Part shown: positions 27,713-35,364 of the stretch, piece after piece
Layout: each line of letters opens with the position of its first letter
How positions within the stretch are numbered: position 1 is the stretch's first letter
Assembly: GCA_024698285.1 (NCBI GenBank)
Contig: JAILRJ010000044.1
Location: forward strand, 7,134-71,133
DNA: 64,000 nt
Reading direction: 5' to 3'
Origin: Lachnospiraceae bacterium
Lineage (GTDB): Bacteria > Bacillota > Clostridia > Lachnospirales > Lachnospiraceae
The notes under the pieces: generated by a model
Database searches by the model: none
What the model saw: the letters and a program-made list of their open reading frames with translations, nothing else
What the model was told of the DNA's origin: nothing
Translations under genes and position numbers: made by a program

Positions 27713-29219
27713 GTGTAAAATACCGTATCAGCAGCACGATCGCGAAGAAATATGCCATGATGTAAACCGGAAAATAGTATTTGAAATACGAGGCCGGAGC
27801 AAGCACGAACACTATGAACCAGTGCGCCATAAGGCCACCGGATACAAAGAACCCGAACCATTTCCTTCCAAAAAGGCAAATTAAGCACATAAGCGCGCAA
27901 AACAAGACCGGAATGAACAGATTGTACGAAAGTGATTTTACGATGCTGACCGCAAGGGCAGCGAGTGCCTTGATACCGAGGCCGGAATAATTAATGTGAT
28001 AGGGCATTGCCGCATAACAAAAGGCGCCTATGCGGGTTCTTGCGAACACCCCGGGATTATTAACGAATATCCTCTTTACGGCCTGCGTGAACTCATAGTA
28101 TTCGGTGTACCCCGCATCCTCTCTTACTCCCAGGAATTCTTCCTTGTACAGTATGAGAACATCCTCGTAATTGATATCCTCGTAATGCTCGTTTATCTTC
28201 TCTATGGCATCGAGCGAGATATATCTGTCGACGATCTCAAGATCGGCCGCATTTGCCGTCGTATCAAGCCCGTTCCTGAACATGTTCGTTATCGTGTATG
28301 CGTAGAAGGGCTTCATCCTGTCGTTGGCGGCGCCCGAAAGATCGTCTCCCATACCGTTCTGGGGTATCGAGATCACAAACTGCACAGCCGCATATGCGAT
28401 GATGATAACGGCAGCGGCCTTGACGTTTCTAAGCCTCGGGTACGCGATGAACATGAGGATCGGAACAAGCACAAGAAGGTATATACCTTCGGTCCTCCAC
28501 TGCGTCAGTACCGCTCCCGACAGAAGAACGAACAGTATTCCCGATGTTGTGATATCCCTGTTTTCGAGCCTGTCAAACGAGAGCTTGCAAAACAGCGCCA
28601 GATATATGAGGAAGTATACCGGAAGCCTGTGTGCGCTCGTCGTGTAGGCGATCACCGGATAGAGAAGGAACAGCACATACATGAACATGCCGGCCTTTTT
28701 GCCGAAATACCTTTTTGAGCGCATCACACAGTATCCGACAACAAAGAATTCTATTATTACCTTCGTAAATATAGGGCCGTATTTGAAAGGGACAAGCATC
28801 AGTGAAACGATATAGAAGTACACGGTCATGTAGTTAAACCATGTGTCGTGGATAAGCGCCGTTGCGTCGCTTAAGATCGAATACTCGTCATTTGTAACAT
28901 AGCCCGAGGGAAGTTTGATCACAAGACATATCACTATGACCGGAAGATAGAGTGCGGCGCATTTTAATATTTCCACGAGTTCCTGCCGTTTCTCCCCTTT
29001 TGAGAATATGCACGTGAATATGAACCGAAACAGTGCATAGAGAACGAGAAGGGCAAGTATCTTACATACAGCGTAATCCGTAACGGCCGATGTATACCCG
29101 TTATCCGTTGCCGCGGGAAAAGTAAATATCCTCTTATCGGTTATAAACGTTGCCGACGCCATCAAAACGGCAAGAACTGCCAGTAAGATATATGTTTTTC
29201 TGTACGCGGTCCGATCCAA
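27690..29219 (-). CDS. Uncharacterised large polytopic membrane protein with GT-C-like layout, block member A (first gene of the operon)
   Basis: 509-aa ORF. TTG start at 29219 is preceded by GGGGAG with an 8-nt spacer. It has 12 or more hydrophobic helices, an acidic first loop (VTNDEYSILSD) and a ~115-aa soluble loop (IPQNGMGDD...NNPGVF). The GT-C assignment is architectural inference only. Confidence 0.55.
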   Translation of the reverse strand: MDRTAYRKTYILLAVLAVLMASATFITDKRIFTFPAATDNGYTSAVTDYAVCKILALLVLYALFRFIFTCIFSKGEKRQELVEILKCAALYLPVIVICLVIKLPSGYVTNDEYSILSDATALIHDTWFNYMTVYFYIVSLMLVPFKYGPIFTKVIIEFFVVGYCVMRSKRYFGKKAGMFMYVLFLLYPVIAYTTSAHRLPVYFLIYLALFCKLSFDRLENRDITTSGILFVLLSGAVLTQWRTEGIYLLVLVPILMFIAYPRLRNVKAAAVIIIAYAAVQFVISIPQNGMGDDLSGAANDRMKPFYAYTITNMFRNGLDTTANAADLEIVDRYISLDAIEKINEHYEDINYEDVLILYKEEFLGVREDAGYTEYYEFTQAVKRIFVNNPGVFARTRIGAFCYAAMPYHINYSGLGIKALAALAVSIVKSLSYNLFIPVLFCALMCLICLFGRKWFGFFVSGGLMAHWFIVFVLAPASYFKYYFPVYIMAYFFAIVLLIRYFTHDKRTFL

Positions 29220-29261
29220 CGTTCATTCTCCCCTTGTTTTCGATGTTAACGATCTGCCGTA

Positions 29262-29290
29262 TTGCATTTAAAACCAATGATAAGTATACT
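29262..29290 (+). promoter_or_regulatory. Sigma-A type promoter for rfbD
   Basis: TTGCAT (29262-29267), 17-nt spacer, TATACT (29285-29290). The SD GAAGGGA lies upstream of ATG 29326. Confidence 0.6.
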
Positions 29291-29311
29291 ATATTTTGTG
29301 GTTACAGGTAA
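29283..29311 (-). promoter_or_regulatory. Possible sigma-A promoter for the 29-kb polysaccharide operon
   Basis: On the minus strand: TTACCT (29311-29306), 17-nt spacer, TATACT (29288-29283). The -35 is weak. The -10 lies in the palindrome AGTATACT shared with the rfbD promoter. Confidence 0.3.
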
Positions 29312-29325
29312 AGAAGGGATAAGAT

Positions 29326-30189
29326 ATGAAAAAGATAATCGTGACCGGCAGCAACGGTCAGCTAGGGCGCGCCGTTAACGCACTTTGCGGCAATGGCGGC
29401 GAATATGAACTGATAAATACGGACTTCGGTGTTCCGGGCATTCGGGATATCGATATAACCGATCTGGACGGTGTTCTTGCGATATGCCGCGAGATCAGAC
29501 CCTATGCGATAATAAACTGTGCGGCTCTCACGAACGTCGACGGATGTGAGGTGCAGGTGGACAGCGCATACCGCATCAACGCGCTCGGGCCGAAGAATCT
29601 TGCGATCGCTTCGCGCGAGACGGGTGCAAAGCTCGTTCATATATCGACCGACTATGTGTTTGCGGGCGATGCAAACACTCCGTATACCGAATTCGACACA
29701 CCGGCTCCCAAAAGCATGTACGGCAGGACAAAGCTTGCGGGGGAGGACTTTGTAAAGCAGTTTGCCGAAGACTTCTTCATCATCCGTACCGCATGGCTGT
29801 ACGGTGACGGAAAGAACTTCGTTAAGACGATGCTCCGCCTGTCCGAGACTCATGATACCGTAAGTGTCGTCAACGACCAGGTCGGCTCGCCGACAAGTGC
29901 CGATGAGCTCGCAAAGGCGATATTCTCGCTCATACCGACTGAGAATTACGGTATATTCCACGGGACGTGCGAAGGAGTCTGTTCATGGGCCGACTTTACA
30001 AAAGAGATATTCCGCCTTGCCGGAAAGAAGACAACGGTCAATCCGGTCACAAGTGAAGAGTACAAAGAGATGAACCCGGCTTCGGCCGACAGACCTCATT
30101 ATTCGGTTCTTGAAAATTATATGCTAAAACTCACCGGTCTCTATACTTTTGCCGACTGGGAGAAAGCGATCGCGCTTTATCTGGCATAG
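29326..30189 (+). CDS. rfbD: dTDP-4-dehydrorhamnose reductase
   Basis: MKKIIVTGSNGQLGRAV...IINCAALTNVDGCE...HISTDYVFAGD...PYTEFD...PKSMYGRTKLAGE is the RmlD signature. It is the only plus-strand gene in the window. Confidence 0.9.
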   Translation: MKKIIVTGSNGQLGRAVNALCGNGGEYELINTDFGVPGIRDIDITDLDGVLAICREIRPYAIINCAALTNVDGCEVQVDSAYRINALGPKNLAIASRETGAKLVHISTDYVFAGDANTPYTEFDTPAPKSMYGRTKLAGEDFVKQFAEDFFIIRTAWLYGDGKNFVKTMLRLSETHDTVSVVNDQVGSPTSADELAKAIFSLIPTENYGIFHGTCEGVCSWADFTKEIFRLAGKKTTVNPVTSEEYKEMNPASADRPHYSVLENYMLKLTGLYTFADWEKAIALYLA

Positions 30190-30213
30190 TTTGAAAATAC
30201 GCGTTTGGGCGAA

Positions 30214-30243
30214 CAAAAAAGCTCCGTTCTCACGGAGCTTTTT
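30214..30243. terminator. Bidirectional rho-independent terminator shared by rfbD and the HPr-like gene
   Basis: AAAAAAA-GCTCCG-ttctca-CGGAGC-TTTTT. A perfect 6-bp GC-rich stem is extended by A/T pairing, and a U-run follows on both strands. Confidence 0.8.
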
Positions 30244-30255
30244 GCTATACTCGTT

Positions 30256-30519
30256 TTATTCACCCAATCCTCTGTCCACGGCATTGATCAATGCCTGGAG
30301 CGCTTCCGACTCATCGTCGCCTTCACATACGAACTCTATTTCATCACCGCACTTTACACAGGCGCCAAGTACACTTAAAACACTCTTGGCATTTGCGGTG
30401 CTCTCCCGGAAGGAAAACGTGATCAGCGATTTGTACTTCATCGCTTCCTTGCACAGTATTCCGGCCGGTCTTAAATGCAGGCCCGTAGGGTTCTTGATAA
30501 CGACCCTCTGACTAACCAT
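30256..30519 (-). CDS. ptsH: HPr-family phosphocarrier protein
   Basis: MVSQRVVIKNPTGLHLRPAG (His-15 context) and NAKSVLSVLGA (Ser-46 context). I prefer ATG 30519, because the track's TTG start at 30537 sits inside the SD GGAGGAA. Confidence 0.8.
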   Translation of the reverse strand: MVSQRVVIKNPTGLHLRPAGILCKEAMKYKSLITFSFRESTANAKSVLSVLGACVKCGDEIEFVCEGDDESEALQALINAVDRGLGE

Positions 30520-30567
30520 AAGAGCAACTTCCTCCAATCTTCGTCAATATCCTTCCCCCAAAGAAGT

Positions 30568-30596
30568 ATTATACCATATTTCGACTGATTCCACAA
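30568..30596 (-). promoter_or_regulatory. Sigma-A promoter with extended -10 for the HPr-like gene
   Basis: Minus strand: TTGTGG (30596-30591), 17-nt spacer ending in TGG, TATAAT (30573-30568), giving TGnTATAAT. It lies immediately downstream of the cdaR stop. Confidence 0.65.
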
Positions 30597-30600
30597 GGTG

Positions 30601-31935
30601 CTACTCTGCTATGGCAGCCCCCGCCGTCGGCATCACATCTGCGGAATCTTCCCCGCCGCCCACACGGTCCACAACGACCATGAGCGTAACCGGAGCCGAC
30701 TGTGACACACCTGTAGGGAAGTCGAAAGCAACCGTTCCGTCGCACTCGCCCGTAGGTACCACACCCGCCTCATGTCCGCCTCTGGGAACAAGAGACGTCG
30801 CATCTATGCTACCGATCGCAAGATCACCGCTGTATCTGTCGAACTCATCGCCTATACCTTGTATTTCCACGGATAATGTCGATCCGATGTCCACTATGTT
30901 GGCAACATATCCGTCCGGAACGTTGTCGATCGTAATATTGGACAGCGGCACATCGATCACTTTGTGCTGATTCTGTGCAATACCGACCGTAACCTTTACA
31001 TCCGTCACAACATCCGGTGATGCAAAGATCACGCCCGTGGGCAGGTAATTGGCAATGCTTACCGTCTTTTCCACGTCTGTCGAAGCACCCTCGACCGACA
31101 CCTCATCGGGAGAGATGTATATAACGTTCATGTCGTCATAGTTCTCACCCTTACCCGCGATCACAACGCTCGAAGGATCCGTCAGAACAGACCCGGTAGT
31201 TCCGAATCCGGCAGCCGGCTCACCCGAGTATCCGCTTGATATCGGGATCGTCTTGGTGGAATAGATGATGTATTTGATCTCCGTGACAGTCCTTGACAGT
31301 TTGATCCTGTCATCGTCGATCCTTTCGTTATTCTCGTCAAGCGCAAACAGAGGTTCAGTTGCCGAAAAATCACGGTTGATGCCTTTGATGTCCGCAACCG
31401 CCATTATCTTGGTAACCCGGGCGATTACCGATTCGGGACCGCTCACGGTAATCGTCGAGAGAGCGTTCTCCACCCCTCCGAGGATATATCCTTCGGCGGG
31501 CTCGCCTTCATACCCTATCGATACCGGAAGTTCCTTCTCGGCGATATTCTCTATCTTAAGCTTAAGACTCGATTCCCTTGTCGTTACCGATTCGATCCTG
31601 TCGGAAAATCTTGTGCTTCGAACCTCTATCGGGATCGTATCGAGTGATGTGAGCATTCGCATATCCGCCGTGGCTTTGATATAATCGCGGCTCATCCCGT
31701 CAATGACTGACCTGTGAGCCGTAACCACGACATTTATACTGTTCGAATCCTCGAGGATATCGTAGCATTTTCCCTGCGAAGACAGGACATCCTCATTTGT
31801 AACTTCAACCGGTATTCCGGTATATGTCTTGCTTATAACGGGATCGTCAACATTTACGACCACTAGCCATAAGACGAAAGCACCGAGGACGGAGACTATC
31901 TTAAGGCCGAGGTTTTTTGTCAGCAGATTCTTCAT
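30601..31935 (-). CDS. cdaR: YbbR-domain protein, CdaR (regulator of diadenylate cyclase CdaA)
   Basis: N-terminus MKNLLTKNLGLKIVSVLGAFVLWLVVVNVDDPV, then repeated YbbR-like beta modules. ATGA overlap with cdaA. Confidence 0.85.
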   Translation of the reverse strand: MKNLLTKNLGLKIVSVLGAFVLWLVVVNVDDPVISKTYTGIPVEVTNEDVLSSQGKCYDILEDSNSINVVVTAHRSVIDGMSRDYIKATADMRMLTSLDTIPIEVRSTRFSDRIESVTTRESSLKLKIENIAEKELPVSIGYEGEPAEGYILGGVENALSTITVSGPESVIARVTKIMAVADIKGINRDFSATEPLFALDENNERIDDDRIKLSRTVTEIKYIIYSTKTIPISSGYSGEPAAGFGTTGSVLTDPSSVVIAGKGENYDDMNVIYISPDEVSVEGASTDVEKTVSIANYLPTGVIFASPDVVTDVKVTVGIAQNQHKVIDVPLSNITIDNVPDGYVANIVDIGSTLSVEIQGIGDEFDRYSGDLAIGSIDATSLVPRGGHEAGVVPTGECDGTVAFDFPTGVSQSAPVTLMVVVDRVGGGEDSADVMPTAGAAIAE

Positions 31936-32807
31936 GCGTCGGCCTTTCTCTTAAACAGTCTGAATGATTTCTTCTCTTCGTAGGTCTTGCCCTGAATGCT
32001 TCTGAGCATTTCCTTGAGTTCATCCATGTCCACGTTTCTTGTAAGTTTTCCTTCGTATGCAACCGAAACCCTTCCGGTCTCTTCCGAAACGATAACGGTC
32101 ATAGAGTCCGTCACTTCGGATATGCCGACACCTGCGCGATGTCTCGTTCCGAGTTCCTTGGACAGTTCCATATTCTCCGACAGAGGCAGGTAACATGTTG
32201 CCGATACAAGGCGGTTACCCTGCACGATAACGGCTCCGTCATGGAGCGGAGTGTTGTGTTCGAAAATATTTATAAGAAGCTGGCTTGAAATAGCGGAATC
32301 CAGCATGATACCCGTGTTCTCGTAATCGGTGAGAGGATCGTTCTGTGCGATGACAATGAGCGCACCCGTCTTGGCCCTTCCCATCTCAAAAGAACCTCTT
32401 GCGATCTCATTGATCGTCTCATCAGAGAATCGCTCGCCTATTATCCTGTTGTCAAACTGGAAGATGGATGAAAGCACCTTACGGCGTCCGAGCTGTTCGA
32501 GTGCTTTACGAAGTTCCGGCTGGAACACGACTACCATTGCGGTCACGGCAACTCCGAATATGTTCTTCGCGATCCACAGTATCGTTGTCATCGAGAACAT
32601 CGCTGCAACCATGACAAAAACAAGGATAAAAACTATACCCTTGAGAAGTGACCACGCTTTTGACTCTTTGATCCACGCAAGTACCCTGTACAAAAGTACG
32701 GATATGATAAGGACCTCGACTATGTCGGTCCACTTGATGGACGGGATTGACAGCCAGGTAACGTATCTTTCTATAAATGAGGTTATGGATTCAATAAGCT
32801 CAGACAT
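31932..32807 (-). CDS. cdaA: Membrane-bound diadenylate cyclase CdaA (DisA_N/DAC domain)
   Basis: Three N-terminal TM helices, then TGALIVIAQND...NTPLHDGAVIV...GTRHRAGVGISEVTDSMTVIVSEETG. Confidence 0.95.
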   Translation of the reverse strand: MSELIESITSFIERYVTWLSIPSIKWTDIVEVLIISVLLYRVLAWIKESKAWSLLKGIVFILVFVMVAAMFSMTTILWIAKNIFGVAVTAMVVVFQPELRKALEQLGRRKVLSSIFQFDNRIIGERFSDETINEIARGSFEMGRAKTGALIVIAQNDPLTDYENTGIMLDSAISSQLLINIFEHNTPLHDGAVIVQGNRLVSATCYLPLSENMELSKELGTRHRAGVGISEVTDSMTVIVSEETGRVSVAYEGKLTRNVDMDELKEMLRSIQGKTYEEKKSFRLFKRKADA

Positions 32808-33788
32808 TTAGAAATCATCCTCGTCATCATAATCCGGCTCTTCCCGGCGCGAAACTCTTCTTGATCTCATTCTGCCGGCCGGGGCCTCGGCAGTGATCTT
32901 GGGAATGGCCTTAACGTAATAATAATATTCGTCATCCTCAAACTGAACGTGTTCGGCCCTTGAATAATCAACACTGAATATAAAGAACTGGAATATCAGA
33001 ACAATGATCGTCGAAATGACCATGCTGACAAATGCTCCTCCGATACCGACATCGGCGTCGAGCACCGCACCGGTAACGATAAGTACGACAAAGCAGACGA
33101 TCATGCCCGCACCGAGTGCTATCTGCCATGAGTAATTGATCTTCAGTTTTCTTATCATGTACACAACTATTATTGTTGCGGCAAATGTCACTATCATTGT
33201 GATCATAAGCTCATTCTTGAGAATACCGTCTATGACCGTCTTAAAACCGCCCATCATTCCCTCTATGTCAAGGTCTCCGGATCCGGCACCTTCAAGCGAC
33301 TCCTGATTCTCGCTGACGTAATGGAGAATGAAATACACGGCCGTACCGCAACCTACCGATATCGATGATATCGGATTTCCCACAAAGCCCATCGCAAGGG
33401 GCATAACGTAGGGAATATGCATTGCAAACATGACCGGCGTCAAAAGAACCGCTATCGCATCCTTCGGTGTAAACCTGAAATACAACGCATACATTATGAT
33501 AAATATGAACAGCACGACAACCGCGCACTCGAGTGAAAGCGCATACATATGTGCCACTATAACGAATCCGGCAAGTATGACTATAACGTTTGTCGGCAGG
33601 AACGAGCACAAAAGGGAAAGTATGAGCACGATCGCGGGATTTTTGAGTTTACTCATGAATCCCACACTGCTGTTTATGAAAAGGAGTGCAAACAGCATCG
33701 CGAGAAACTTGAGCGTCGGGACTATATAAGCCTCAAAACGTGTGTAGAACCGCGCGAGCTGCTCTTTGGCTATCAGTAAAGACTCCAT
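32808..33788 (-). CDS. Uncharacterised polytopic membrane protein with acidic C-terminal tail
   Basis: 326-aa ORF with about 8 hydrophobic helices and the tail RREEPDYDDEDDF. Its stop abuts the cdaA start. Confidence 0.6.
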   Translation of the reverse strand: MESLLIAKEQLARFYTRFEAYIVPTLKFLAMLFALLFINSSVGFMSKLKNPAIVLILSLLCSFLPTNVIVILAGFVIVAHMYALSLECAVVVLFIFIIMYALYFRFTPKDAIAVLLTPVMFAMHIPYVMPLAMGFVGNPISSISVGCGTAVYFILHYVSENQESLEGAGSGDLDIEGMMGGFKTVIDGILKNELMITMIVTFAATIIVVYMIRKLKINYSWQIALGAGMIVCFVVLIVTGAVLDADVGIGGAFVSMVISTIIVLIFQFFIFSVDYSRAEHVQFEDDEYYYYVKAIPKITAEAPAGRMRSRRVSRREEPDYDDEDDF

Positions 33789-33790
33789 TA

Positions 33791-34198
33791 TTATTGTTTC
33801 CTTCCTCTGCGGTTAATGTTAAGCATCTGCAAAAGAGCCCGAAGAAGCTGATTATACTGCTTAACATGCCGTTTTGCCCTGTGGTATCTGTAACTGTATA
33901 CGAAATACGAAATGACAAGATATATGGCAAGGACAAGGCAGTACTTGGACAGTATGTCCTTCAGGAACTCAAGGATGTCCATCTTGTAGAAATCTTCAAG
34001 AAATGTCTCTATGTTATATAAAACATACATAGCCACCGCCAGGGCAAACCCGACGGTGGCGTATATAGCTGATTTTAACAGTTGGAAACTGATGTAGTCG
34101 CCCCGAAAGTATCCGGATATCGCGATATCCTTCTTCCCCTCGTGCTCCTCGTATGCTGCCATACGGGTCATCAGCCTTATTCGTTCTTCATTGAGCAT
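33791..34198 (-). CDS. Uncharacterised small 2-TM membrane protein
   Basis: 135-aa ORF, tightly packed between yvyF and the 326-aa membrane protein. Confidence 0.5.
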   Translation of the reverse strand: MLNEERIRLMTRMAAYEEHEGKKDIAISGYFRGDYISFQLLKSAIYATVGFALAVAMYVLYNIETFLEDFYKMDILEFLKDILSKYCLVLAIYLVISYFVYSYRYHRAKRHVKQYNQLLRALLQMLNINRRGRKQ

Positions 34199-34202
34199 AT
34201 TA

Positions 34203-34613
34203 TCACTGATTCAAGAATCTCATCTTGTTCTCATGGGTCTGAGTCTTTACGGGCTTGGGAGCTTCCGCCTCGGGTCTGCGTCCTGCCTCGGATAAGCTGT
34301 TGATCATCGAGGCCTTACACTTCTCGCAGAAGCGGCCCGTCGTGATAGGTGCACCGCACGTCTCGCAGAATGCGCCTATATCAACACCGGATGAGAACTC
34401 AAGTCTCTCTTCCCTGATCCACTGTCTGATCTGACTCTCTTCGACATCACAATTCTCGCAAACGCTCTTTATCGTTGCGTTACGGTTATCAAACAGATAC
34501 TTCTTGACTTCCTGGAACTTCTTCTCAAGTTCTTCCCTGCACTGGGGGCAGATTGCCGGACCGCTGATATAATTGAACAGTCTCCTGCACATCTTACAAT
34601 TCTTAACATCCAT
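34203..34613 (-). CDS. yvyF: YvyF-like zinc-ribbon flagellar-region protein
   Basis: MDVKNCKMCRRLFNYISGPAICPQCREELEKKF...FCETCGAPITTGRFCEKC contains two CxxC pairs. ATG 34613 is preceded by GGAGGA with an 8-nt spacer. It lies downstream of comFC, as in Bacillus subtilis. Confidence 0.7.
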   Translation of the reverse strand: MDVKNCKMCRRLFNYISGPAICPQCREELEKKFQEVKKYLFDNRNATIKSVCENCDVEESQIRQWIREERLEFSSGVDIGAFCETCGAPITTGRFCEKCKASMINSLSEAGRRPEAEAPKPVKTQTHENKMRFLNQ

Positions 34614-34647
34614 TACATGATTCCTCCTAAAACTTATATCTTCGGGC

Positions 34648-35364
34648 TCAACAGCCCCTTCCGATGCAAAGCGAGACAAAGTACACTCTCCCTATGCCTG
34701 CCCCCTTCAGGCATCCCGCAACGGCATCAACTGTTGCCCCGGTCGTATATATGTCATCCACGATCAAGACTGAAGAATATTTTACACTATTTTCCGATAC
34801 AATAAAAGCCTTTTTGAGATTATTTTGGCGCGATGCGGCACTGAGGTTTTTCTGGACTTTGGTTGCGGTTTTTCGTATCACGAGGTGATCACAGACGGGA
34901 ATTTTAAGCCTCTTTGACAGCTCCTTTGCAAGAAGATATGCCTGGTTGTATCCGCGCTTTGACAAGCGCTTTTTATGAACAGGTACAGGCACTATCGCTT
35001 CGACATTCCAGCTTCTTATCTTCCGTTCAAGACGATCATACATCTTTTCGCCGTAGAATACGGCGTACTCCCTTTTGCCGTTGTATTTGAACCTGTACAT
35101 GCTCTTGCTCATGTACTCGTCATAAACAAATACGGCACGACCCTCGTCGTAAACATGTTCGGATCTTGCGCAGTCCCGGCAGTACTCCTCATCCTCGTTT
35201 ACGGGCTTACCGCATTTCATGCAGTATGGCTCTTCGACATACGGCAGCTTCTTCTCGCAGTCCGGGCATATACGGCCCTTTGAAGGCGCTATTTTATTAC
35301 ATATCGGGCATATCGGCGGAAATACCGCATCAATCAATATGCCCGGAAGCTTTTTTATATTCAT
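34648..35364 (-). CDS. comFC: ComF family protein (ComFC, phosphoribosyltransferase-like)
   Basis: N-terminal Cys clusters FPPICPICNK...CPDCEKKL...CMKCGKP...CRDC, and the C-terminal PRTase motif VLIVDDIYTTGATV. Confidence 0.9.
   Translation of the reverse strand: MNIKKLPGILIDAVFPPICPICNKIAPSKGRICPDCEKKLPYVEEPYCMKCGKPVNEDEEYCRDCARSEHVYDEGRAVFVYDEYMSKSMYRFKYNGKREYAVFYGEKMYDRLERKIRSWNVEAIVPVPVHKKRLSKRGYNQAYLLAKELSKRLKIPVCDHLVIRKTATKVQKNLSAASRQNNLKKAFIVSENSVKYSSVLIVDDIYTTGATVDAVAGCLKGAGIGRVYFVSLCIGRGC

Noticed and set aside
29220-29325. Invertible (phase-variable) promoter controlling the polysaccharide operon
   Set aside because: The only symmetric element is the 8-bp AGTATACT. There are no long inverted repeats flanking the region and no site-specific recombinase nearby.
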